Source: Actinomycetota bacterium (GTDB lineage Bacteria > Actinomycetota > Thermoleophilia > Solirubrobacterales > 70-9). From it: a DNA stretch of 64,000 nt. How positions within the stretch are numbered: the first letter of the stretch is position 1; every line of letters begins with the position of its first letter. The position numbers were made by a program, and so were the translations under genes. Below the pieces are notes generated by a model. That model was not told the DNA's origin and ran no database searches. It saw only the letters and a list, made by a program, of their open reading frames with translations. Below are positions 47,328 to 55,045 of this stretch, piece by piece. The stretch covers positions 494-64,493 of the forward strand of contig JAFDWO010000136.1 of assembly GCA_018268415.1 (NCBI GenBank), read 5' to 3'.

Positions 47328-48647
47328 GTCAACGCGAAGCTGGACGGAGGAACGATCTTGGCCACGTATCTGAAGACCCCGAAAGACGCCGAAAGCGTGC
47401 ATCGCGAGGTGGTCGAGACCGTCGGTACGATGCTGGCCGAGATCCGCCGCGGCGGCGAGGAGGCGGTGCGGCGCTACTCGCGCGAGCTCGACGATTGGGA
47501 CCCCGAGACCTTCGTCCTCGGCCGGGCCGAGATCGAGGCGGCCGCGGCGGCGGTCCCGGACGCGACGCGGGCCGCGATCGAGGCGGCGCTCGCCAACGTC
47601 CAGGGCTTCGCCCGGGCCCAGCGCGAGACGCTCGTCGACCTGGAGGTCGAACCGCAGCCCGGGGTCACGCTCGGCCACCGCCACGTGCCGATCGACCGGG
47701 TCGGGGCCTACGTGCCCGGTGGCCGCTACAAGATGCTCGCCTCGGCGTTCATGACCATCGGCGTCGCCAAGGTGGCCGGGGTCGACCAGGTGGTGGGTTG
47801 CACGCCGCCCGAACGCGGCGTCGGCATGACCCCGCTGATGGTCTACTCGATCGACCTCTCCGGTGCCGACACGATCCTCGCCCTCGGCGGCGTCCAGGCC
47901 CTCGCCACGCTCGCCTTCGGGCTCTTCGGGATCGAGCCGGTCAGCATGCTGGTCGGCGCCGGGAATGCCTACGTCGCCGAGGCGAAGCGCCAGCTCTACG
48001 GCGAGGTCGGGATCGACCTGCTCGCCGGCCCGACCGAGGTCCTGGTGATCGCCGACGAGACGGCCGACCCGGAGCTGATCGCGATCGACCTGCTGAGCCA
48101 GGCCGAGCACGGGCCGACCTCGCCGGCCGTCCTGCTGAGCATCAGCGAGGAGGTGGCGCGCGAGACCATCGCCGCCGTCGAGCGCCTGTTGGCGGGCGAC
48201 TGGCCGACCGCCGACGTCGCCGGCGTCGCCTGGCGCGACCATGGCGCCGTGATCGTCGCCGGCGACCACGAGGAGGCGATCGCCGTCGCCGACGAGATCG
48301 CCTCCGAGCACGTCGAGGTGCAGGTCGCCGACGACCGCCTCGACTTCTACGAAGATGGACTGGTGAACTACGGCTCGCTTTTCGTCGGCAGGCAGGCGAC
48401 GGTGAGCTATGGCGACAAGGGGATCGGCACCAACCACGTGCTGCCGACGCGGCGTGCCGCCCGCTATACCGGCGGCCTCTGGGTCGGGCGCTTCCTGAAG
48501 ACGCTCACGCAGCAGCGCCTGACGCCCGCGGGGGCGGCGCTGATCGGCCCCGACGTCGTCGCCGTCGCCGAGGCCGAGGCGATGCTCGGCCACGCGCGCG
48601 CCGTCGCCGAGCGGTTGCGGCGCAACGAGGTCGCGGCGACGCGATGA
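47322..48647 (+). CDS. histidinol-dehydrogenase-family NAD-dependent dehydrogenase (paralogue in a sugar/polyol context)
   Basis: 441 aa. QAEHGP and GIGTNHVLPT motifs. The true start may be TTG 47359, because ATG 47322 lies inside the operator-like palindrome. Confidence 0.8.
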   Translation: MQVNAKLDGGTILATYLKTPKDAESVHREVVETVGTMLAEIRRGGEEAVRRYSRELDDWDPETFVLGRAEIEAAAAAVPDATRAAIEAALANVQGFARAQRETLVDLEVEPQPGVTLGHRHVPIDRVGAYVPGGRYKMLASAFMTIGVAKVAGVDQVVGCTPPERGVGMTPLMVYSIDLSGADTILALGGVQALATLAFGLFGIEPVSMLVGAGNAYVAEAKRQLYGEVGIDLLAGPTEVLVIADETADPELIAIDLLSQAEHGPTSPAVLLSISEEVARETIAAVERLLAGDWPTADVAGVAWRDHGAVIVAGDHEEAIAVADEIASEHVEVQVADDRLDFYEDGLVNYGSLFVGRQATVSYGDKGIGTNHVLPTRRAARYTGGLWVGRFLKTLTQQRLTPAGAALIGPDVVAVAEAEAMLGHARAVAERLRRNEVAATR

Positions 48648-49411
48648 CCGCCGCCTCCGGTCCCGATCTCTCCGGGCGCCACATCCTCGTCACCGGGGCC
48701 GGCCAGGGCCTCGGGCGCGCGGCGGCCGAACGGTTCGCGGCGCTCGGCGCGGTGGTGACGCTGGTCGCCCGGGGCGGGGCGGCGCTCGCCGCGGTGGAGG
48801 CGGCGATCGTCGACGCCGGCGGCACGGCCACCGCGCATCCTGCCGACGCGACCGATCCGGCCGCCGTCGCCGCCGTCGTTGCCGCGGCCGAGGAGCGGGC
48901 GCCGCTCTGGGGCGCCCTGCACGCGGTGGGCGGCAACCGCCCGGGTGCGGCGCTCGACTATGACGTCGCCGACCTCGACTACCTGCTCGAGCTGAACGTG
49001 CGCTCGACCTTCCTCGTCCTGCGCGAGGTCGCCGCCCGCCTGCTCGAGCGCGACGAGGGCGGCCGGCTCTGCGCCCTCGGCTCGCAGATGGGTTCGGTCG
49101 GCTATCCGGGCCGCTTCGCCTACTGCGCCGCCAAGCACGCCGTCAACGGGCTGGTCCGGTCGCTGGCGGTCGAATGGGCGCCGCGGGGCGTGACCGTGAA
49201 CGTGCTCGCGCCGACCTTCGTCGAGACGCCGATGACCCGACCGATGCTGGCCGATCCGGAGTTCGAGGCCGAGGTGCGGGGCCGGATCCCGGCCGGGCGT
49301 CTGGCCACGGTCGAGGAGGTCGCCGCCGCTGCCGCCTTCCTGCTCAGCCCCGAGGCGGGGATGGTGCAGGGGGCGGTGGTGCCGGTCGACGGGGGCTGGA
49401 CCGCCTGGTGA
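48644..49411 (+). CDS. SDR-family oxidoreductase
   Basis: ATG 48644 (ATGA overlap). TGAGQGLGRA and YCAAKHA motifs. 255 aa. Confidence 0.8.
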   Translation: MTAASGPDLSGRHILVTGAGQGLGRAAAERFAALGAVVTLVARGGAALAAVEAAIVDAGGTATAHPADATDPAAVAAVVAAAEERAPLWGALHAVGGNRPGAALDYDVADLDYLLELNVRSTFLVLREVAARLLERDEGGRLCALGSQMGSVGYPGRFAYCAAKHAVNGLVRSLAVEWAPRGVTVNVLAPTFVETPMTRPMLADPEFEAEVRGRIPAGRLATVEEVAAAAAFLLSPEAGMVQGAVVPVDGGWTAW

Positions 49412-49451
49412 GCCCCGGCTCGCCGCCGAACCAATAGGAGAGAGGAGCAGC

Positions 49452-49847
49452 GTGAGGAACGAGAAGCTCTACCGCCGCGTCGTCACCTGGGACGAGATCC
49501 CGCGCGAAGACGTTCGCCCGGGCGTGCGCCGCAGCGGCTACGCGACCGACGAGGTGATGCTGATGTGGAACGTGGTCGACGCGGAGATGGAAACCAGGCC
49601 GCACTCGCACGAGGACTTCGACCAGCTCGTCTGCATCTTCGAGGGGTCGTGCCGCTACTTCGTCGAAGGCGTGCCCCACGAGATGGGGCCGGGGTCGATG
49701 ATGCTGGTGCCCGCGGGCGCGGAGCACTACATCGAACCGATCGAGGGCCCGGTCGCCAACCTCGACATCTTCGTGCCGCCGCGTGCGGACTACGCGACGT
49801 CGCTTGCCTGGATCGCCGAGCTCGCGCCGATCGGTCCCGTCCGCTGA
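49452..49847 (+). CDS. cupin-domain protein
   Basis: 131 aa with a GTG start. RPHSHEDFDQLVCIFEGS and LVPAGAEH motifs. Confidence 0.65.
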   Translation: MRNEKLYRRVVTWDEIPREDVRPGVRRSGYATDEVMLMWNVVDAEMETRPHSHEDFDQLVCIFEGSCRYFVEGVPHEMGPGSMMLVPAGAEHYIEPIEGPVANLDIFVPPRADYATSLAWIAELAPIGPVR

Positions 49848-49854
49848 GAATCGA

Positions 49855-50895
49855 TCATCGCGGTGGGGGGCCGGCGGTGCGGCGCCTCACCATCTCGACC
49901 GGGAACTCGAGCACCCGGCCCGGCCCGTCGTAGTCGCCGTTCAGCCGGCCGACCAGGAGCTCGGCGCTCCCGCGGGCCATCTGGTCGAGCGGCTGGCGGA
50001 TCGTGGTCAGGCCGATCGCGCTCCAGGAGCCGACCTCCATGTCGTCGAAGCCGACCACGGTGAGGTCGCCGGGGATCTCCAGCCCGGCGCTGACCGCCGC
50101 GTCCCAGGCGCCGAGCGCGATCACGTCGTTGCCGCAGAAGATCGCGGTCGGCGGCGGGTCCTCGGCGAGCAGCGAGCGGCAGCCCTCGAAGCCGGTCTCG
50201 TGCGTGTAGGGGCCGTGGCGGTAGTGGGCGGGGTCGAGCGTGGCACCGAGCTCCTCGAGCGCGGCCTGGAATCCGGCATCGCGGTCGCGCGCGGTCGAGG
50301 TCTGCGGGGGGCCGGAGATCTGCGCGATCCGCCGGTGGCCGAGCTCGACCAACAGCTCGCCCGCCAGGCGGCCGCCGGCGACGTTCTCGGAGACGACCCG
50401 GTCGAAGCGGTCGTCGTCGATGTGGCGGTTGAGGAAGACGGTCGGCGCCCGCGCCGCGGCCAGCCGGTCGCCGAGCGGGAAGTCGAGCTTGGCGGAGGTG
50501 AAGACGAGGCCGTCGATCGTGCTGCCGAGGAAGTGGTCGATGTGGTCCTGGTCGCCCCGCGCCGAGCCCTCGCTGAAGAGGATGAGGTCGTAGCCGAGCG
50601 CGCCGAACTCCCGCTCGAGGCACTCGACCAGCCGCGGGTAGAAGGGGTTGGTGATGTCGGAGAGGAAGACGCCGATCCGGTTGGCGCGCCGCGTGATCAG
50701 GCTGCGGGCCATCACGTTCGGCGAGTAATTCAGCCGCTGCGCCGCGTCGACGACCCGCGCGCGCGTCTTCTCGGAGATGTTGGGGTCCCCGTTGAGCGCC
50801 CTCGACACCGTCGATTGGGCCACCCCGGCGAGCTCCGCCACGTCGTGGCTGGTCGGCGGGCGCTGCGCACCTGAGGAGCGTTTCGTGGTCGCCAT
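49855..50895 (-). CDS. LacI-family transcriptional regulator
   Basis: Met at 50895 (MATTKRSSGAQRPPTSHDVAELAGVAQSTVSRALNG) within ORF 49855..51111. Periplasmic-binding-like effector domain. 346 aa. Confidence 0.85.
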   Translation of the reverse strand: MATTKRSSGAQRPPTSHDVAELAGVAQSTVSRALNGDPNISEKTRARVVDAAQRLNYSPNVMARSLITRRANRIGVFLSDITNPFYPRLVECLEREFGALGYDLILFSEGSARGDQDHIDHFLGSTIDGLVFTSAKLDFPLGDRLAAARAPTVFLNRHIDDDRFDRVVSENVAGGRLAGELLVELGHRRIAQISGPPQTSTARDRDAGFQAALEELGATLDPAHYRHGPYTHETGFEGCRSLLAEDPPPTAIFCGNDVIALGAWDAAVSAGLEIPGDLTVVGFDDMEVGSWSAIGLTTIRQPLDQMARGSAELLVGRLNGDYDGPGRVLEFPVEMVRRRTAGPPPR

Positions 50896-51031
50896 CGGTC
50901 GCCTCAATCTACGCAGGCGCCGGGACGATCCGGTGCCCCCGACCTGCCTCCGCCCCCGCCAAGCCCCCAACACCGAATCCGGCGCCCACCCGCCCATCGC
51001 CGCCGCATCCCACCCCCACTCCATTCCCTTC

Positions 51032-51043
51032 GCATACGTATCC
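51032..51043. promoter_or_regulatory. LacI-type operator candidate GCATACGTATCC (site 3, one half degenerate)
   Basis: About 140 bp upstream of the LacI gene start, on its promoter side. Confidence 0.35.
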
Positions 51044-51063
51044 CGGTCTACCACACCCTGCCT

Positions 51064-51096
51064 CCCCACGCCCGTCGCCCCCCGCCCCCAAGCCCC
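51064..51096 (-). other. canonical G-quadruplex motif on the minus strand (GGGG-N3-GGGGG-N1-GGGGGG-N4-GGG-N3-GGGG) within a 180-bp strand-asymmetric C-rich tract
   Basis: The plus strand of 50933..51108 is almost G-free, with at least 15 runs of C3-6. Confidence 0.5.
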
Positions 51097-51149
51097 ACCT
51101 ACCACCCGCACCGCTCAGACTTCGCCGCGTGGGTAAAGTTCCCACCCGA

Positions 51150-51245
51150 GCGCCCGTAGCTCAGTGGTCAACGGGTCCCTCCGGGGGCCCAAAGAGCGTC
51201 GGTCTTTCAAGCCGAAGGTCGCCAGTTCGAATCTGGTCGGGCGCA
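51150..51245 (+). tRNA. tRNA-like gene, anticodon UUC by position, with an 18-nt hairpin insertion in the D-loop (96 nt, no encoded CCA)
   Basis: Manual cloverleaf. Acceptor GCGCCCG/CGGGCGC (7 Watson-Crick pairs), TA, D-stem GCTC/GAGC. Anticodon stem TCGGT/GCCGA, loop CTTTCAA, variable loop AGGTC. T-arm GCCAG-TTCGAAT-CTGGT, discriminator A. The D-loop is 31 nt and contains hairpin GGGTCCC-TCCG-GGGGCCC (51173..51190). Confidence 0.65.
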
Positions 51246-51606
51246 TTCCTAGCAGTTCCGGGCAGTGCCGGTGAGGGCCGGTGCAAAGCCAAGTTGTCGG
51301 TTGCGGGTCGGAGATGCGTTCCGGAGGCTTCCTCTCGATTCCGGGGCATTCCGGGAGGTCTGTGTCGCATCCGTGTCTCATTTCGAGGTGCGAGCGATCA
51401 GCTACTCGTGCTTCTCGGCGAGCTTCGCTAGCTCACTCACCGCGCCATCGTCCTGGGCCTGCTGCTCCCGCCATCACCGAATTCATTTCATCTCGCTGCA
51501 TCGACCATCGGCTCCACCCAGGACCGCGTCTATCCGAGCCGAAGGGGCCGAAGTGGGCTCCCCCAGAGGCGCCTCCATCGAAATCGGTCGGCGATACCAT
51601 TGCCAT

Positions 51607-51852
51607 GTGACCACGAAGGAGCGCCTACACAAGCTGGTCGATGATCTGTCGGACCAGGAGGCCGAGGCCGCGTTGGTGATCGTCGAGCGTCGGCGGGACG
51701 ATCCGATGCTGCACGCGCTTGCGGCTGCTCCGCTCGATGACGAACCTTCCGACCCCGACGAGGACGCTAGTGCCGCTGAGGCGCTTGCTGCGTATCGCCG
51801 AGGCGAAGGCGTGTCTTCCGGCGACTTGCGGTCTGAGCTCGATCTCAATTGA
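51607..51852 (+). CDS. putative antitoxin (acidic C-terminus, family not recognised)
   Basis: GTG 51607 within ORF 51265..51852. 81 aa (TTKERLHKLVDDLSDQEAEAALVIVERRRDDP...). Its stop overlaps the toxin start (TTGA). Confidence 0.55.
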   Translation: MTTKERLHKLVDDLSDQEAEAALVIVERRRDDPMLHALAAAPLDDEPSDPDEDASAAEALAAYRRGEGVSSGDLRSELDLN

Positions 51853-52109
51853 CGCCAGGCTGGTCCCTTCGGTTCATGCCCCCGGCGCGGCGTGATTTGA
51901 AGCGACTCGACCGACCGGTTCAGCGGCGCATTCTCGATGCGCTCGATCGGTTCGTCGCCGCTCCACGCAGTGGCGACATTCGGAAGCTCGATTCGGTCCA
52001 GTGGCGGCTGCGGGTAGGCGACTGGCGTGTGCGCTTCAGCTTTGACGACGAGAATCAGGTCATCATCGTGCTGCGCGTCTTGCCTCGCGGGCGCGCATAC
52101 GATCGCTGA
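51849..52109 (+). CDS. RelE/ParE-family type II toxin
   Basis: 86 aa. WRLRVGDWRVRFSFDDENQVIIVLRVLPRGRAY matches the RelE/StbE core pattern (yR.RvGdyRv.y......v.vl.v.hR...Y). Confidence 0.8.
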   Translation: MTPGWSLRFMPPARRDLKRLDRPVQRRILDALDRFVAAPRSGDIRKLDSVQWRLRVGDWRVRFSFDDENQVIIVLRVLPRGRAYDR

Positions 52110-52218
52110 AGCATCATTGGCCGGTGCCTCATGACGGCTGGACCGCCGCCGCGAATCCGCCCGGCAGTCAACGCCTCGGCTTTCAAGCGTCCGGAAGACG
52201 TGAGCTGAGCTGCGCGGC

Positions 52219-53127
52219 TCAGCCGTAGTAGTAGGACAGCGAAGGAGGGCGCTTAAGCGGATTCCGACTCAACGGAGGCGGTATGCGATTCCAGCCGTCT
52301 TCGGCTGAATATCCCACTCGTGCAGCATCGGCGCTTGCGCTCGTTTGGAAAGGAGCGCCGTTCTTGTCGGACACGGTTAAGGAATGTCGTTGCCCATCCA
52401 GAAGATAGGAGAACTTCAAGCGCCACCGCACGTAATGCCGAGTCGTGTGCGCGATCACCAGGAAATGCTCTACTTCTTCGTCCTTGAGCGAGAACTGAAA
52501 CGGTGCCCGTTCAGAGTGATAGCGCCTTCGCGGTTCGAGGAATTCAATGTATGGCCTGGGCGCATCGAGGTCGATCGACAGCAATCGGGTAGGGAGCCTC
52601 GCGGCTTGGAATGGGCAATACGCTCGGACACCTCTAATAGGCGGCTCCCGCGTTACCACCTCAACTTGGGCGCGATTCAGGATCAGTGGGCCGGGCGCGG
52701 TAGACCCCACGTACAGCGAGACATACGTCGATTCCGCGTCGATGCCCCCTTCGCTCTTTGCCCAGGCTCGCCAGCTCTCGCAGCCCGGATCTTCCAGATT
52801 GACGGACGGCGGGATCCGCGCCATTTCTTCTACTGATCTGGCAAAGATGTAGCTATCTGCCGAACTGACCGAGGGTATGCCGGTTGACGAGCTAGCTTGG
52901 ACTTCTAGCGCCGTCGGGCCTCCGCTACGAACTTGACCGATCGTCACGCTCAGGGGATCCGGTTGGACACGCGTGAGCTGATCGAAGGTATCGCTACTCT
53001 TGCTGCCAATTACGCCCCCGACGCTCGCGGTGACAGCAAACAAGACGAGAGCGCCCAAAATCGTGCGGAGACCCCTGCGTCGCGCGGGCGTCCGTTGTGC
53101 CGAGCTCCATTCCCCCCGCTGAGGCAC
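52219..53127 (-). CDS. hypothetical membrane-anchored protein
   Basis: 302 aa. Arg-rich N-terminus, then one TM helix (ILGALVLFAVTASVGGVIG). No recognisable motif in the remainder. Lower GC. Confidence 0.5.
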   Translation of the reverse strand: MPQRGEWSSAQRTPARRRGLRTILGALVLFAVTASVGGVIGSKSSDTFDQLTRVQPDPLSVTIGQVRSGGPTALEVQASSSTGIPSVSSADSYIFARSVEEMARIPPSVNLEDPGCESWRAWAKSEGGIDAESTYVSLYVGSTAPGPLILNRAQVEVVTREPPIRGVRAYCPFQAARLPTRLLSIDLDAPRPYIEFLEPRRRYHSERAPFQFSLKDEEVEHFLVIAHTTRHYVRWRLKFSYLLDGQRHSLTVSDKNGAPFQTSASADAARVGYSAEDGWNRIPPPLSRNPLKRPPSLSYYYG

Positions 53128-53240
53128 AGCGCGCAGGGTACCGCGTCCATAAGGTCTCGGTACGTCTTAGGTTGTTCGATCCGGCACGCCAGCCGTCGCT
53201 AAGGCCCCACCGCTCTGAGGCTGAGGGATCCCGGGGTCCA

Positions 53241-53311
53241 GGCCTCACCTCGGTCACATCGCCGCCGCGATCCCACCCCTCAAGCCAGCGCCCTTCGTCC
53301 TTTCAATCCGA
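53241..53311. repeat. about 70-nt segment paralogous to 57071..57142, ending in a partial tRNA anticodon-arm copy (CCTTCGTCCTTTCAATCCGA)
   Basis: GGCCTCACCTCGGTCACATCGCCGCCGCGATCC aligns with TGGTCTCATTTCGGTCACATCGGCGCCGTGACC. 53292..53311 matches 57123..57142 with 1 mismatch. Confidence 0.6.
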
Positions 53312-53345
53312 TGGAGATTGGCTTTGATGCCTGCGGGCGTCCCGG

Positions 53346-54590
53346 TTATGTCCAGAGAGCGCTGATCGGAACCGCCCAGAGTCGATCGCCGAGCGGGACG
53401 GTCTGGGCGCCGGCATGAATCAGGAACCCGGCGCGGAAGTCCTCGCTGCGAGCATCCCGGATCTTCGCCATCGGCCTCCAGTCTCGTTCCCGGACCGTCG
53501 CCGCCGCCTTGACCTCAAGACAGGCGATCGCTCCTGAGCGATCCTCGAGGACGAGGTCGATCTCGTCGTTGCCGGTTCGGTAGTGGAAGAGACTTGCGTC
53601 GGTGCTCGCCCATTCGAGGTGCTTCATCACCTCCATCGCGACGAAGTTCTCGAGCGCCATTCCGGTGACTCGCTCGTCCTCGCCGAGGCGTTTCGGGTCG
53701 GCTCCGAGCAAATGGGCAAGGAGGCCGCTGTCGACGATGTAGACCTTGCGCGTCGTCGACTCACGAGCTCCGATCGACGGCCTCCAGGCGGGGAGGGTCT
53801 TGACCAGGAAGACGGTCTCCAAGAGGGTCGTGTAGCTGCGGACGGTCTTGTGCTCCAGCTGCAGTCGCTTACCCACCTCCGAGGAGTTCAGGAGGCTCGC
53901 GGCGCGACCCGCCAGCAGCTTCAGCAGCCGCGGCATCTCGCGCAATTTCTGCGCATCGCTGATGTCGCGCAGGTCGCGGTCGAGCGTCGTCTTCAGATAG
54001 TTCTCGAACCAGTTGGCCCGGCGTGAGCCGTTGCGCTTCAGCGCCTCGGGGTATCCACCGGCCGCGATTCGATCGACGAAGGCCCCGCGGCCGACCGGGG
54101 CATCGCGGATCTGAGGCGGAGCCGCGGAGAAGAGGGAGTCGACGATATTGCCGGCCGATCCCTCGATCTCGCTCTGGGACAGCGGCCACAGGGTGATGAT
54201 CTCGATCCGTCCGGTGAGCGCGTCCTGGACTTTGCGGTTGGTGAGGACGTTGGCCGAGCCCGTCAGCAGAAACTGGCCCGGCGTCTGGTCGGCGTCGACG
54301 GCCCCCTTGATCGCGAGCAGCAGATCGGGGCCGGCTCGCTGGACCTCGTCGAGCAGGACCGGGCGCGAGACGCCGGCCACGAATCCCTCGGGGTCGCTGC
54401 TCGCCGCATCTCTCGCTGCTCGGTTGTCAAGGCTGAGCACGTCAGCGAGATGCTCGGTCGCCGCGATCTCTTCCGTCAAGGTGCTCTTGCCCACCTGCCT
54501 GGCGCCCATCACGTAGACGACGCGGGTATCGGCCAGTGCTTCCAGGATCGGCTTGCGACTGTGGCGGGCGAAGTTGGCCGACATCGCCAT
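53346..54590 (-). CDS. AAA-type ATPase with a DUF4143-like C-terminal domain
   Basis: 414 aa. Walker A GARQVGKST, Walker B VLLDEVQ, C-terminal domain typical of the AAA_14/DUF4143 architecture. Confidence 0.75.
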   Translation of the reverse strand: MAMSANFARHSRKPILEALADTRVVYVMGARQVGKSTLTEEIAATEHLADVLSLDNRAARDAASSDPEGFVAGVSRPVLLDEVQRAGPDLLLAIKGAVDADQTPGQFLLTGSANVLTNRKVQDALTGRIEIITLWPLSQSEIEGSAGNIVDSLFSAAPPQIRDAPVGRGAFVDRIAAGGYPEALKRNGSRRANWFENYLKTTLDRDLRDISDAQKLREMPRLLKLLAGRAASLLNSSEVGKRLQLEHKTVRSYTTLLETVFLVKTLPAWRPSIGARESTTRKVYIVDSGLLAHLLGADPKRLGEDERVTGMALENFVAMEVMKHLEWASTDASLFHYRTGNDEIDLVLEDRSGAIACLEVKAAATVRERDWRPMAKIRDARSEDFRAGFLIHAGAQTVPLGDRLWAVPISALWT

Positions 54591-54601
54591 GAGCGTAGTG
54601 C

Positions 54602-54681
54602 AAATTGGGAAAGTCAGCTATGCAATTTGGGAGGTCACTCTAGGGAATATGGGAAGTCGGCAGGAGATAAATGGGAAGGAA
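54602..54681. repeat. four direct iterons (wAAwTGGGArGTC) with exact 22-bp phasing
   Basis: TGGGA starts at 54606, 54628, 54650 and 54672. The units are AAATTGGGAAAGTC, CAATTTGGGAGGTC, GAATATGGGAAGTC and TAAATGGGAAGGAA. They begin 16 nt upstream of the AAA ATPase start codon. Confidence 0.85.
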
Positions 54682-55045
54682 GAGGATGGCAAGCTCGCGC
54701 TCGGAAGGCGAAAGTCGCCGAGACGCCTCCGTAGGGATAGATATGGATCTAGGGACGGGCGTGGATTGCAGCGCGGCGGCTCAGCGCTTCGGCCTCCTCG
54801 CACGTCGGCCTCACCCTAATGCGCCTTCGCGGCTCGACCGAGCATGCGAGGTGCCCCCGGCTCCTGATGCCTAGGAGTCGATGGCGCCCTCCACCGCCAT
54901 CCGCGAGTTGTGTTCCAAGCTCCGCGGGGAAGGTGGGTGTTGGAGTGGGTCTCCGAGCGAATAGTCCAGGAGGAGACCGGCCGGGCGGCTAGGGCGGGCG
55001 CCACCTCGAGGTCGCCGCCATCTTCGATCCCTTTCCCCCGCAAGT

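Noticed and set aside
51246-51606. Search for an integrase or its remnant next to the tRNA, and elsewhere in 51.2-57.2 kb
   Set aside because: No frame on either strand gave R..H..R..Y-type tyrosine recombinase or serine recombinase motifs. Only short unconvincing ORFs are present.
51265-51606. N-terminal 114 aa of ORF 51265..51852 as part of the antitoxin
   Set aside because: Composition is Ser/Cys/Arg-rich and unlike the compact downstream domain. A GTG at 51607 gives an 81-aa protein, the usual antitoxin size.
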